A stretch of DNA of 64,000 nt, taken from Dimorphilus gyrociliatus. Lineage: Eukaryota; Animalia; Annelida. The stretch spans positions 124,001-188,000 of the forward strand of contig CAJFCJ010000027.1 of assembly GCA_904063045.1 (NCBI GenBank). Reading direction: 5' to 3'. A model generated the notes under the pieces. The model saw nothing but the letters and a program-made list of their open reading frames with translations, was not told where the DNA came from and did no database searches. Position numbers and translations under genes: made by a program. Below are positions 36,101-51,251 of the stretch, piece by piece (position 1 is the stretch's first letter; each line of letters opens with the position of its first letter).

Positions 36101-38894
36101 TATTCCCATTTCGCCTCCCTCAACCTATTCAGCCTATTTCTCTCTCTCCCTCTCTCGTAAATGGAAAGAGAGAAGAAAAAATAACTAAATTAACGGCATA
36201 TTGATAAAAAGATAGATACAAAAGAAAAATGAAAATATATTCACTCTTCTCTCATTTTGTTTTTTTTTCCACTCCATTATTAAATTCCGGCATTGGTTGT
36301 AATTAAGGAAGTTGGATTCTACTCTTGAGCGTTGAAGAGTCGATATCCTTTTATCGCACTATCGAATACAGAGTTATTGATGCAAAGATTGCAAAGAGTC
36401 AGATTAATTATTCATGAAAAATAAATACAAATGGATTTGCGGGGTAAAATTTCGAAGGAAAACGATTATATATCTCGATTTCTAAACGCCTCTGAAAACT
36501 ACACCTTCTTCATACTCGTTACTTCGAAATGATGAATGTTTAATGTTGTAGACCACGTGATTGCAAGAGTGCATTAGTGCTGAATGAGGTAGATTAACAT
36601 TGACTTGACAGTTCTGATCAATTATGCAAACAATCGTTTGAAAAAAAAATCATCTTTTTTTTTTCTTAGCAAAGACAAAAATGAAATGATAAGATGAATT
36701 TTCTTCAAATGTAACCTTTCATTTCGCTGTCCTTCCGAAAATGATGTTAATTAAGGATGATGGACAGCAATTCCGGAAGAATACAAGTATTTTATAGTGT
36801 CATGCCTGAAAAGTTAAAGCTAAACATGTACAGTAGATACATACTGTATAAACAGTGTGGAAGTAGGGAGGGAAAGAGGGAGATAGAGAGAGAGAGAGAG
36901 AGAGGGAGAGAAGACGAAAACTGCAGACAAACTAAGAAAAGATGATAAGTGGGTGAATAATATAAAAAGTACAGTAATGATGTACTCTGTTCATAGCGTT
37001 ATAATTAGTAGATGTAAAAAATAATGTAGAAGATAAACAAGATTCCTTAATAGTCTTAGTGTTTATAGAATGTTAAAAGGGATCATTAAAAGAGTTCTCT
37101 ACGTGAGAATTTGTAGATTTTGCACCACTAACTACATTGAAAAAAAAAGAGAAAGAGAGAAATTAATGATTTAAGTTAACAAGATAAAACTTGTAACGTA
37201 TAAAAAAAACAAAGGAAAAAGAATGCTACTATGTTTTTTTGTCTATAAATTCTACATTTGGCATCAAAATATTCGTGTACGAGTATACGCAAATAGATAA
37301 ACATGCTGTACAAGTATTTGTATATTTATATGAAAAATAATATCATCCCTACGGATATTTTGCTTTTTGAACCTTTGCAGTTTACTACTGTAAAATTTTC
37401 GAATAATACCGATTCTAGATAGAATAAACAAGAGGGAAAAAAAAGAAGGCAAAGAAAGGTTTAAAAATGCGACTGCAACGAGTCTATGCCCCTCGAATGC
37501 TATTAACAGCATTGGCCAACTCCCTGTTTGTCAAAGAAATAAGGCCTAGTTTGGCGGTCTACGCAAAAGCTCCTTCGAATGTCTTTAATGAATGTTTATC
37601 GGCAAGACAAGGTTGACAAACAGTTTGCGGCAGCTGTAAGAGTTTTTACAGTATCAAATTGTTTTATCCTGCATTAGATTACAATAGAGAAACAAATTGT
37701 AGACACGTCGAGTTAAAACAAGAATAAAATAAAGATGGGAAAGGAGAGAAAGAGCTAGAGGTATTAAGGAAAAAGGGGCAGGGGGAGTGAAAGAGAAAGA
37801 AGACTGCTAGAATTAAAATTTCAACGACTTCCCAGAAAAAAAAAGTGTTGTATAATTAAATTTTTGCAGAGTGAAGTGACTAAATAATAGCTTGTTTACG
37901 ATAGACTGTCAGCGGTAGTAAGCGAACTGATAGGTGATTGTATCCGCTGAAGGATAAATGTGAAACGGATGGAATTTGTATACAAGGTCCTTCTTTGGAT
38001 GGACTAATGATTGAATTAGTTCTCTCCTTTGTTCAAAGCCAAATAGAAAAAAAAGAAAATATATTAAATCTTATTAAAGAAAATTAAAGGCGTTTCTCAC
38101 CATTCACTCCCTGCCCCCTCTCCTCTCTCTTTTTAATAGAGAATGTATACATTATGAGAAGGAGAAAGCAGGGGAAAGGAAAAGGGGAAGGGGGGATTGG
38201 TAGAATGAGATGAAATAGTAGGTGTTTACCATTCTTTTGAAATGTTAAGAAGGGGGTTGTGAGGAAGGGGAAGGCAAAGAGAAGGGCAAAAGCAGTAAAT
38301 TTACTTGTGACAACTTTGACAAATAATGAATATTATGCATTAATTGAGTTGGAGACAAGTTCATCAATACAAGCTAATTCTTCATAATTGAACCGCTTGG
38401 GGCATTATATAAATTTTGTAAAGAGTAACATGGGTTGGAATAGTGGTACATTTTTTAGCACGTTTTCCCACATATCCCTAACTCTCTCTCTCTTTCCCAC
38501 CTTCCCATTTTCAATTTTTCTCACCAACACTTTATTTTCTTTACTCTGACTGCTATCAGATTAGCGAGTGACGTATAAAATAGGATAACACTGAAAGACT
38601 AACTGACGCAGCTGCTAACTTTGTTTATAAGTGTACATAGGATAACCAAGGTCTTTAGCTGCACAAAAGCTCTATTAGGCGCGTGACAAACTAAAAAATT
38701 TATTCGTTGATTCCTTAAGGATTCAAATAGTTTTCTCCAAGGTGATAAACTTGACAAACTAAGTTCGAAGTAAAATTGTCACAGTTGACTTGAATTGGTT
38801 TTATTCTCGCGTATCTTGTATTATTTACCGATTTAAAGGCGAAAAGGATTTGCTTCGTACGAGTTCAGAATCAGTAGCCAATGTACAAGGAATG

Positions 38895-38932
<38 letters not shown>

Positions 38933-41141
38933 GTAAAAAGAAAGACTATACTTTGATATCAAAGAAAGGGAATGATAAGTTAGAAGACTTTTAAGAGTTT
39001 ACACTTTGACAAACTGGGTAATATACTAATGGTAACCAAATGAAGAAAAACCTAATTCACATAAAGTAGATCGCTGGTAATTGACACGTTTTCTACAGTT
39101 TGTCAAAGAAGTGAAGATTGTTTATAATATTTAATGAGCTAGGCATAAAAAAAGGAAAGAGAAATAGAGGAGTAAAAAGAATTTATTCTTTCTTTCTTCT
39201 CTTTTACAGTTTATGAATAATTTAAATGATTAAAAGAGCGTAAAATAATAATTAAAAGGAACTGAAAAAGACAATTTTCAACGATTCTCTATTTAACCAC
39301 TAAAACCGTGTTATAAGCAAACAGCCTTGGGCAAATTTTTCTCTAGTTATTTTCCCTTTAATTCCAACATAGAGAAAGCTAACACTCAAATGCTTCTGAT
39401 TTGATTTCATACCGAATTATGGAAAGAACTAGAAATGTTCCTCTCCTCTCCTTTATTAATGTATAAATACATTCTCCTCCCTTTGTCCTCCTTTACGCCT
39501 TCTTTTTTTTTCTCGTATTGAGACATTATAAAACATTGTTTTCATGTTAAAATCCCCTTAAATAAAACTATTCGTTGCCTATATTAAAGGAACGCTAAGC
39601 AAACTAGCGGTGGAATCAAGTGTACAGTAGTTTACACATAATACCATACAATTCTCTTTATTATATGATCTCTTGTTTGTATCCAGTCTCGATTGTGTGA
39701 AGTGTATACTTTGAGAGAAAGAGAGGAAGAGAGAGAGAGAGGTTCGATAGTCTCTATATAGAGTATCCATAGTTTGTACTCTATATGTAGTATATAATGT
39801 ACACACAGTAAACAATCTATAATCATTGTGTACTAGTGCACTAAATAAATATGTCCTTATTCCCCTATATTCAAAAGGAAAAACTCTACAACTTTCCCGA
39901 TAACCAGGCGAGACGTGAAGGTTCTAAGGCATTAATTATGTTTCGTTCTTAAATCAGAATGATATTTTTAGACTTGGCAGTTGAAGAAGAAAAAAATATA
40001 TAACAGTCTTTTATCGTTCGAGTCTTTACAAGTTGGAAAACTAATTGGTAAACTAAAAAAAATATTCTTGTAAGCGAAATAACAACTATTAAACGTTTTC
40101 TCTCTCTTCCTCGCAACATTCCCATAAATCGGACAGATTCTTGTATCCGTTATTTCTCACTCAAACGGTCCGTAGTCAGTAAAGCAATAATAATAAGAAA
40201 AATGAATATAGCGTGTAGGCTCGTGAGTGATTCTCGTTACACGTCCCGGAGCGTAAGCATTCCTCACGATACTCGAATGGCTCAACTGGTATTTGGAAAG
40301 AAAAGAACTTGATGAGTAGGAAAGAAATTGATAAATACTCTCTCTATTTTCCTATACATATACAGTATATATATATATATATCTTGAAGAGAGAAAGAGA
40401 GAGAGAGAGAACACATAGAGGATGATATAGATAGCAAGAGAAACAATGAAATATACAGTATATAAGATTGTGATTTTATTCAAATTCAACCAAGAATAAA
40501 TAAAGATAGAGCCAACGACTTGCATTTCTTGAAAATTCAGGTAGAACGCGATAAAGATAATTCTATTCTAGGAACCATCATTCATAGTAAATTAAATTTA
40601 TAGAGATTTCTTCTTACCCTATTTCGAGGTGAAGCTCATCACCTGCACAACTGACAGTTACACAATTCGATTTCTAATCGTTTTTCCATACGACAAACTA
40701 TGGTCATAGCCAATCGAATATTTCTTTCTCGGCGGCTATTTACAGTGAAAATACTACTGCGTGTAGTTAATAAGCGTTTTATTTGTATGGAACATGCGTC
40801 GTATTATATTTTTGTTGGTTAAAATTTTCATGTTTTCCTAATCAAGTCGACTTATTGCAGATGGTATGGAGTAATCTACAGCATTTGTTTGGTCACAAGA
40901 TTTACAGACTTCTTATTCCATTATTGGTTTTCAACGGATTCGAACAGGCGTTTGTCTACGCAGACTATAACAGGGTAAGACCGATTCGCTTAGGCGATCA
41001 GCCCACTCCCCAAGTTATTCTAGTATCAGTTCTATTCCCTCCTCACATTCTTAACACGAACCTAACGGCGCAAGTCTGTATCAATTGGCATTCTAGAGAG
41101 ACTGCACGAATCATAAATGAAAAATAGAAAAGATAGAGATA

Positions 41142-41186
<45 letters not shown>

Positions 41187-42590
41187 AGGGAGGGAGATGA
41201 AATGGATGTATGCGTATATATACGCATGTTGGGATAGAGATAATAAATAGAAGCAAAGATAAATAGAATATATGAAAAGATAGATAGATGTATAGTAAAT
41301 GGAAGAGAGAAGAAAGGATAGGAAAATGATAGTAATGATAATAATGAGAAAAACAATTAACTGACTGCATCATTAATTTTAATTTAGCAAATAATAAAAG
41401 AGACACGTTAATTGAGTGTTTTCAGAGAAAACAATTTTCAGAGCCCTATTTAAAAATAAGAGTAAATTCACTGAAATAGGCTTAAAGATTTTAGATAGTT
41501 AGCCGTTTATCATTTCGCACTCTTATTCCAACGCATTCAAATCCGATTAAATTGACACCAAATTTCCATTAATCAGTATCTTTTTAATTTTTCCATACGT
41601 CATCGTCTATTAAATAATAAACAACTTTTATATGTTTACTTATTTCTCTAATAAAACAAGAAAAATAGGTAAAATGCTATAATTTTGTTTTCTTTTTCCT
41701 CTTTTTTAGAGTTATATAAACTGCGCTATTGGTCCAGAATGGATTGGTTACAATATGATTACTCTTGGAATGTCTAATTGTCTTTTTTCATTTATGGTTG
41801 GTATATCTGCAAAACATCTTCCAAGAGAAGCCATTGTCGGAATTGGAGCTATCCTAAACCTTTCACTTATAGTCTTTCTTCTAGTCTGGATTCCTGATAA
41901 GAACCTGAAGCCAGTCTTTTTTATCCTTAGCGCTCTTTGGGGGCTATCTGATGCTATTTGGCAAACTCAGTGCAATTGTAAGTTGTGAAAGAAAAACGAA
42001 AAATGTAGACAAATTGAAAAATGTGTAATTAAGCAGGGATAAATAAATTAAATAAAGTAGGGATTGTAGAGCAGATGATGATAATGATGATGATGATGAA
42101 GAGGACGAGGGGATTAAAAAGAGGAAACAAACAATTTATCATAAATTAATGATAATTATAATTATCAACATTAATATTAATATTGCCATTACTATAATCT
42201 TCACAAGTAAAAACTTAATAGAGGACAAGAATTGTTTTGAAAGGGTCTATTTAAGCGGGTTTTTAACATTTCACCAATTCCTATTTAGTCTAATCCCTAC
42301 TGGAATCGTTTAATGTCAAACTCAATTTTAAATCATTCTTTTATCCGAAATAAGGCATTTTAATATATATTTTTTTTTGGACAGGTTTAGTAAACATTAG
42401 TTGCTCGGACAACCACCACGTCGCTTTTCAAAACTTTAGAATGCTCCAGGGATTCGGTGCCGCTCTAGCCTTCTTCCTCGGGGCTTTCTTGTGCGTTTCC
42501 GTTAAGCTATACGTAATAATTACGCTTTTATTAATATCTGTCTTATTCTACGCTCTGGCCGAAAGGCAATTAAGGAAGAATGGTCTGTAG
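26867..42590 (+). CDS. UNC-93-like MFS membrane protein (about 600 aa) with a long disordered N-terminus
   Basis: Five GT-AG exons in frame (1803 nt): 26867-27944, 32393-32529, 40861-40974, 41710-41977, 42385-42590. UNC-93 motifs KNLIILSLSFILVFSAFRSIQNLQSSLN, ANFYPHFYTLIP, YNGIFLACFQTSHIWGNLVSS, LLIPLLVFNGFEQAFVYADY and ALWGLSDAIWQTQ. Confidence 0.92.
28820..29215 (+). pseudogene. Possible decayed coding or transposon fragment within UNC-93-like intron 1
   Basis: Three consecutive open segments lie in shifting frames (28820-29050, 28948-29076, 29078-29215) and have coding-like composition. Identity is not established. Confidence 0.2.
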
Positions 42591-42898
42591 AAAAATTTAG
42601 GATATTTCAAAAAACCAAGAACATTAGCTTTTTTATGAAAAGTTAATAGAAGAGAGTAATTTTTATTAATTAATATTAAAATAAGATCATAATTAAGGAA
42701 AACTATAAATGATAACATGTTTGTTTGTTTGTTTGTTTTGTTTGTTTTGTAATAATCTTAAGATGGAAGAAAGAAATAAAGAAAGAAAAAAAGAAGAGAA
42801 AAGAATGACGATATTCATTATGATTTGTTTAATTATTTTTTTAAAATGAACGGTGTAGATAATATATTGAAAATAATAAGGAAAAGTAATGTATTTAT

Positions 42899-42934
<36 letters not shown>

Positions 42935-45900
42935 ATTTTTATGTATTCGATATCAATTTGTATACAAATGGTATTATACTACTTATATATTACCAAATCT
43001 ATACGAAATTTCTATCGCCTGTCAGTGCTGTACTCTTTGTAATATATATATATATATATATATACAGTATACATTATACATATATATATATATAAATGAA
43101 CGAAATTTTGAGTTTTAATAAACGACTGTATATATTTATATACTGTATCTACTTTTACAACACTTACTAGTGCATATATATTATATTCCATATACAAACA
43201 CGTATATAAGAAGAGCAACAACAACAGCCAAATGCTAAGAAATAATGTATAATTATGAAATGTAATGCGGTCGTAATTACTAATCCTAAATCTATCGATC
43301 TCTTTTACGGTACCCCTTTGTAAATATCCATAAATTTCCGCAAACTAGTAAATAGGCTGAAAGCGACTAAAACAATGTTAAACGTTTCCGGCTGAAAAAG
43401 GTAAAAGCTGCAAAATCTAGTTTTATGTTGGGTTATAAATAAAGAGTAATTAAGGGAGATTAATTTTATAAATAAACATATTCTTCAATTGTACATATAA
43501 AAGAAAAGAGACGCTCCCTAAAAAGTTAACTGTCCATTTATCTAAATACTCTTCATTCGAGGTATAAACTCCACACACTTTCACAGATATTATGATTAGT
43601 TTTATAGAGTATATAATTAATATCTTACGAGTAACCTAGACAATTTAGAGAAATAAAAGTGTGGCGTCATCTGTGAAATTGCGATTGGAATCAAAAGCGC
43701 CATGATTTAATACCAGTTGTAAAAGTAGAGTGTCAAATCCTTTCTTTTCAATAAACTGACTTAAATTATATTCTATAATTATTTTCTTCTTTTAATCGAT
43801 AGAAATTATTTTAATTTCGGGAATAGAGAAAGAAAAAAAGAGACAGAGATAATAAAGGCGAAGAGAACGCATTGAGTGGAAAAGACACAGGTAGTCGGAG
43901 AATAAATAGGAATACAAAGGACGTGGGACGGAGACAGAGGAAGGAAGAATTGAAAGAGAGAGAGAAGAGAAGGGATGGGAAAGAATGAGAGACAGAAAAT
44001 TCTCTTGCTTCTTTTCGCTAGTGTTTATCAATTTTCTTTAATTTTTTTCTTCTTATTAAAGACGAATAGGAAGTGACGTGCAATTTAACAGCATCATAAT
44101 AGACACTTCTTTCCACATATGGCTTTCTTTGACTATTCACTTAAATTACCCTATTCAATGTTCCTTACCATAATACCTTTCCTGATAAACCGAGACGCTG
44201 AAAAAAAGCAATTTTTCCCTACATGGGAGATTGTATACACTATCTGATACGACTGTATTAATAAGCGTCACTGGTATTTAAATCTGACTTTAGACGCCCT
44301 TATCAATAAGCAGTATTTCAAGAGAAATAATTCTCTCTCCTTCATTCTTTATTCCTTTCATTTCTTTTTCTTTATTCCGTAGATCGCCTGTTGACGGATT
44401 TTTCTTTTTTAGGTTAAATACAATAACGACGATTAGAAAATCCTTAAGCGTTTCACTCAGATGAGAAGGAGAGATAGTATAAAAAATACTTAAATAAGAA
44501 CTTGGAGAAAGTGTACTATGTTTATTAGAAAGATAGTTGAAAAGCCCTACTCGAGATACAGTAGACGATTAGAGTAAAAATATTGCCTTATACTATTTTA
44601 CCTTATCTATTTATTTGAAATTGTAATTATTAAGTAGTTATCAATTAAAAGTATTGGTACATTTACTTGTATTAGATGTATAAGAGACTAGAGTCAGAGC
44701 CAACAACTTTATTTCCCCTATACGCTACCGTTGTAGAACTTTTCTTGGTTATATACTAGCATTCAATCAGCGTTTGTCGTTGCCTTATAATACCGCCATC
44801 TACCGTATATATTTTCCAATAGACCGTATATCACACAAGCATGTAAATATATATATATATATATATATACTGTATATATATATGTGTGTATGTAAATATA
44901 GTTTCTCTTCTCTCTCGTCCAATAAACATCAGAGAAATGATTAACCTTCTCTACATCTTATTTAGCTAGAATTAGTGTATTTACTTGTCGAAAAGATCAA
45001 TCTCTTTTTATTAAAACAGCAAATAAAATGGTAATAAAGGCGCTTTAATTAAGAGGTTAGAATAATAGAAAAAAGGGATAAAGTGTATAGATGGTTAAAT
45101 ATAAAAATGAATGATAAAGAGAGAGAGAAAGAGAGAGAGACAGTGAAAAAATCTAGATTGAAACGAGTCGGATAGAGTACAAAAAATAAAAAAAATATAT
45201 AGTATAGGAAATCTATTGGAAACGTCCCCGGAGTATCTCTTAATCAAAAGATGTTAGAATGGCTAATAAAAAATTCGCTTTCTTTTAAAAGTTTCTATCC
45301 AATGTACTTTATGATGAAAAGTAGTCAGATTTAATAGAACAATAGAGAGCTAAGCAGTCAATAAATAAGATTCTATTTAATTCTAAAATCATTAAACACA
45401 AAATGTTGTTTGTTAACTTTGTAAAATATAAAGAAACAACTGCAAAACAAAGAGTAAAACTACTGGATTTATAGATTTATAAATTTATATAAAAGAACAA
45501 GGAAGACAGAGAAAATATATTGGAATATATTTTAAACAATTCGATCTTTTCTATTAAACCTAAAAATCTAGACAAAGACTCTCTCTTCAATGAATGGAGC
45601 ATACAAATTAGGATTCGTTGTTCACTATTTGCTCTCCTATCGAATTGAACCAATTCTCTATTTAGTACTAGAAGCAATAAGATTGACTTTAATTAAAGTT
45701 TCAATTCTACTAATAAATTCAATTGTGAAAGGAGGAACGAAATAGAAGAGAGGCGGGAAGATGATATATACTGAATCTCCTTGTAACTAAACGTACATAT
45801 ACAGTATAGTATATTGTATAGTATAGTATAACATGGTAAATATGTGTATAATTCGTCCATGTCATTAGTAACCCACCTTTAAATAACCTTTATAACCTTT

Positions 45901-46040
45901 TTCTGACGGTAAACGACTTGTTAATTTTTACGATTCAGTCGTTACTGATATGAGAAGTGGCGTTATTAGAGGCTCAAACCTAAAAGTTTGTCACCAAAGT
46001 TATTTATCTAGAGGAATGAAAGACAGGAAAATCTGAAAGA

Positions 46041-46082
<42 letters not shown>

Positions 46083-48339
46083 TATTGATGTTTACTTGAT
46101 TTTTAACTGTTAATTCGTTTCATCAAAGAAAACTTGCAATATATTTGTTTCCATTCTGTTTATTCAATGTTTATTCGCGTTTCTATTTTATTCCTTTTCT
46201 TCTATTGTATTGTATTTTGTGTTATTTTTTGAAAATATCTCATTAATAGACTATGAACTAAAAATAAACTGATTTTATTATGAATTGGACCTTTTTATTT
46301 TTATTATATCTTTTTTTTGCCTATTGAAAAGAGAACCCGTTTTTATTATTATTATTATTTTATTCTCTTAATAGACTCTTTTAACCATTTTTCCCCATTC
46401 TCCATTCTCCATTCTCTCCTCTGTCTGTCTAGTCTGTCTGTCTGTGTGTATGTATGTATGTGTGTGTGTGTGTGTGTGTCCCTCTCTCTTTTCTTCTTCC
46501 TTCCATTTTTATTTCTCCACCTCTCTTCTTCTCCCCCAGTCCCTTTTCTCTACCCTTTTCCCTTTTTTTCTATAATACATAATGGAATTGATTCTTTATT
46601 GATAATTATATTTTTACTTTATATAATCAATAGTCATTGATGATTTTTCTCTCCTTGGAAAAAGAATCATACGAATTTCTCATTTACTCGCTCTTTCTTT
46701 ATATACCTTCACCCTTCACCTGGTACCTGATTCTTTCTTTCTTTCTTTCTTTTTCTTTCTTTCTTTCTTGGTAGCCTCTCACTTTTACTCCCCTGCTCCT
46801 TTGATATGTAATAAGTAAATAGGAAAAGGGGAAAATGAATAAGTGACGTAGACGCTATGTACTCCTTTCTTTTCTTCTCAATCCACTTCGTCACTTTTCT
46901 AATTAGCCTAATTAATTTCAGGCAATAAAGATTCTAAATTTGCTTAACCTTTCTCTCTTCAATTAGTCTTCGGTAATTCGTCGAGAAGATATCCGATAGA
47001 TGGCTCTAGTATATGGGTAGCAACGGAGATGGAGAGGCGGGATCGAGAAGGGTGGGGAGGGTGGTGTTGAAGACAAAAGAGAGGTGAGAAAGCGAGGGCG
47101 GTTTCTCGTGAAAATTGAAATAAAAGTAGACGGAAATAACGAAGAAACTAGTTGAAATGAAATTTTTGGTAACGTATTGAGTTAATAAAAAGAAAGGTAA
47201 TGATAAGAAAACTCAATTTGATAATAAAGATTATAGAGTGGGTTGTCTAGATTAGAGGATACGATTAAAAGTAGATAATTTTGAACGATTATTAATTAAT
47301 TAATATGGAAAAAATATGGTGGAGAAAGGGAAATATTAAAGAATTTTGATAACAAATGAAAATCTCCAACAATTAAACAATCAAATGAGAGAGAAAGCGC
47401 AAACATTATAAACGACATTAACAAATAAAAAGGGAAGCACTAATGATTCTCGAATGACAGCAAAATAAAGGAATCCTTTGCAAGTTTTGCAGTCTAATGA
47501 TTCCGTATAAGAGAGTAAATAAAAAAGGACATTCTACACTACATTTATGCTGCTAGCAAACGCCAATTCGTTTCGGCTTCGTCTTTATTAAAAGATTTTC
47601 CACTTAATTTTCTTCTTATTGTTTCCAAGGTAGACATTTTTATGAAATATCATATTCAATTATCGAATAACAAACAATTAAATATAATAAAATGGAAACA
47701 GTAGAAAATAATGTTGATAAACATGGATAAAATTTGCATTTAATAAATTCATTTAAACATCATCAAGTTTTTCATTTCCCTTGGTAATTTAGGTGTGAAT
47801 GACACTATAAAAACATCATTAAAATTCTTACAAAAATAAGTAAAAAAATAAAATCAAAATCCTACCATCTCTCTTTCATTTATTTCGAATAAAAAGGTCA
47901 TGTAACAAACTGTCATCTTAATTAAGAGGTTCTTTTTTAAAAAGTTTCACTTGTTGTGTTATATGGGTATATATCTATCTATCTGTTTTAATACTCTTTT
48001 ATTCTTACGTTCTTCCTTCTCTTTACATCTTCCCCTATATGCGTATACCCTTTTACTTTCTGCTTTTTATCTTCCACTCTTTCCTTTTTTTTTTCAACTA
48101 CAGTTTACTTGGAAATTACAATACAAACTAGTTTAAAACACCCCTTCTTCTCGTTATCATTATCCGGAACAAACTCCTCTAATAGTGCTTTTTCTTCATA
48201 CATCTCTTCCACTCAATGAATGGTTACAATATAAAAAAACAGAAACACTGCAAATCCAACCATCGTATTCTACCTTTCTTTTGATAAATAGGCTTTGAAT
48301 GTTTTAAATTAATATTACGCAACGGCTTCTGCACAATAT

Positions 48340-48600
48340 TGCAGTTTTTTGCAGTAGCTTGTATGTACAGAGAACAACGCGATCAATCGCCGCATCAATG
48401 GCGCTTCTCACCAGCACCGGAAGTTCATTTCTCCTTCTATTCACACGGCTCAGCACGCCGCCCTACAAGCGAGCCTTTTGTCCGCACAATGCGCGCCTTG
48501 CTCGCCCATTGTTCTTCGTCGGACGCCGGAAATTACGGTCTGTTCGACACGCCCCCTAGCGACCGGTTTTCGACGATTAGTAGACTTTTGTTATACTTTT
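48340..48600. promoter_or_regulatory. GC/CpG-rich noncoding island, candidate enhancer or promoter in the SoxB2 gene desert
   Basis: GC is well above background. It contains ACCGGAAGT (ETS consensus), CCATTGTTCT (Sox consensus) and further ACAAT/TCAAT cores. No convincing ORF. Confidence 0.4.
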
Positions 48601-50449
48601 AGTGGTGTTAAAGCTGACAAGCTTACAAGTTATTTGGGGTGGAAAATAAGTAGAAAACTTTGTTTGTTTACATATTTTGAACTGTTTAATTAAAAAAAAA
48701 ATCAATACTTGTTTATGTATATTAGTTTCTTTCATTCCCTTCTTTCTCCTCCTCCTCCTCCTTTTCTTGTCTGCCTCCCCCCCCCCTCCTCCTCTCTCCC
48801 TCCCCCCTTTCTCTCTCTCCTTTTATTTCTACCCATATATGTTTCTTTCTACATTAATTAAGTCTAGTCAGCGGGGAAAGAAAAGAGAAAAAAAAATTAA
48901 CTTCCGGGTCAGAGGAGGGTAAAAAATACAAAATAAAAAAGATAAAGAGAAAAGAATAAGAGAAAGAAAACGAAAAGTGTAAAGAAGAAGGAGGTTATAA
49001 ACGAATAAAATTATCTTTATACTCCAAGTACAAAAGGGTCGCTTATTTCCCAAGTTCAACATGGGTTGAGAAATGCATGTATTCCTGACCTTCGAGTGAA
49101 CAGAAAGGAAAGAATCTGTAGAAATTAGTTTCTTTTCAAAGAGTCTACTCGCAAAGGCTTTTAAATCAATTGAGAAGAAAAGAAATCATTTCCTTCTTTT
49201 TTCTCCCTTTTATTGTTTTTTTTCTCTTTCTCTTTCAAATAATACCATACCACTAATATATTGTTGTTTTATGTAATGAAACAGTAAAAACGAAAAACGT
49301 TTCTCATGAATATTAATGAAGCAAGAAGCGAAAAAATTGGCAAAACGCGAGAGTTATTGAAACAATTAGGCAGCAGATCGCATCAGACGATTGTATAATA
49401 TATACTTATCAATATAATGAATTGAACTGAATTGGCAGCGTTCGCACAAATTGTGTTGGATAAATGCAATTTGCATTATGTTTCGTTTGCTCTAGTTTGT
49501 CAACGCTTTTTACACAAACCATTTGCAGTCACTTTCTTTGTTATAATGAAATTTTTTTTCTACAAAATACTTAGGCCTATAAATTAGTTTCTTTTCTATT
49601 CGACTTTGTTCAAGCAGTGATTATTATTATTTCTTTTTATAGTTTTACCTTCTTTTTTTCATTCTTTTAGTTGTATATTCCGGCATATGTTTTTTTTTAT
49701 CGAACTGGAATCAAAATGTATTAAGAAGGCTAATAAAGGCGTCTTTTCTAAATCCCTTGCCGTCTTTGCCTTATTTTATTTCTTTATTTCTTTTTCTTTT
49801 TCTTCTTCTGCCTCTCTTTCTACTTTTGGTTTTTCTTCTTCATTTGTTCTGCCGCCTTTCCCCATGAGTACAACTACGATTATACGACGACGATGACGAC
49901 GACGAACGTAGAGTGGAAAAACAAACGGATTTTTTTTCATTTAATTGAATAGCTACTAATGAACGTTAAGTAGACAATGAAAGAGACTGAAATAGCCTGT
50001 TCTCGCTAAGATAATGTTATAAAGTTTGTCAAAGTGACATTGATAAATAGAGGAGTGATGTCAATGCAAAAGTGTTCATTGTACAATGATTTAATTAGTC
50101 GTGTAAATTTGTGGCGAAAAGCTGCGTAAAAAACTGTCTGACTTTTTATTGGCAATGATTATTCGCGGTTGGATGGGAAAATTAACGTCTAAACGACTTT
50201 AGTTAAATTTCGATAAAGATATAAGGCTGAAGAGTAGATGGGTTTAGAATTGATCGAATAGGGATAAGAAGGAGGGAAAATAGGGGGAAAAATGATCGGA
50301 AAGAGTGATTTAGGAGAAAATTTGTTTCGTATTAGTAGATAGAAAACGTCATTTAATAAAGAATGTAATGAATGGCATTAGCCTTTTGGCTTGGGCTAGG
50401 TCGGGTGTGAAAGAAAGAAGAAAGAAAACTTTTTTCTATTACATGCCTT

Positions 50450-50454
<5 letters not shown>

Positions 50455-50500
<46 letters not shown>

Positions 50501-50576
50501 TACATATTATTTATAGGATTTATATACATATATATAGATGTACTGTACATACTATATGCATCTGCATATAAATATA

Positions 50577-50620
<44 letters not shown>
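50455..50620. repeat. Long (TA)n microsatellite pair, representative of many (TA)n, (GA)n, (GATA)n and (GAAT)n tracts in the window
   Basis: Direct inspection shows about 21 TA units at 50455-50497 and about 20 at 50578-50618. Other examples are (GA)n at 41135-41180, (GAAT)n at 985-1013 and (GT)n at 3560-3582. Confidence 0.95.
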
Positions 50621-50621
<1 letters not shown>

Positions 50622-51206
50622 ATTGTATATTCTATGTAAATTATTCAAGGTGTTCATGTACCTTTATCGCCTTACTATATCAAATATTCATACTTGTAAT
50701 AAATACGTATATATTTCAGAAATACGATAGATTTTTGAGTAAACACAACTAAAAGTATGTTTAATTCTAAAGAATAATCCTATACATTTCCTATATGTTC
50801 TGTATTGCATTAATGGCTTAATACGTAATATACTGGTAGGATGGAAATGTAAGTATGGAGCAGTTCAATAAAGAGGGTGAGAGAGAGAGAGAGAGCGATA
50901 GATAGATAGATAGATATAAAGATATCTAGAGAAAGAGAAATAAAGAAGACGGAGTTTTTTTTCCATACCAATTTGATCTTTTTAGATGAGTAGATCTCTA
51001 AAAAAAAATCATGCTTGGAAAGTATAAATGACGTTTATTGTTAATATACAGTATTTAATGTCCATTATATACGATACATATCAATAGAGTTTAGATAGAT
51101 TTAATGATAATGATAAAGATAAGTATAAATGTATTTAAATAACATAATTCAGTATAGACAGTATACATAAATTGTACATGCTTATATATATATATATGTA
51201 TATATA

Positions 51207-51251
<45 letters not shown>

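Noticed and set aside
40250-40290. TGGCTCAACTGGT resembling a tRNA A-box
   Set aside because: There is no B-box (GTTCRA) or cloverleaf downstream.
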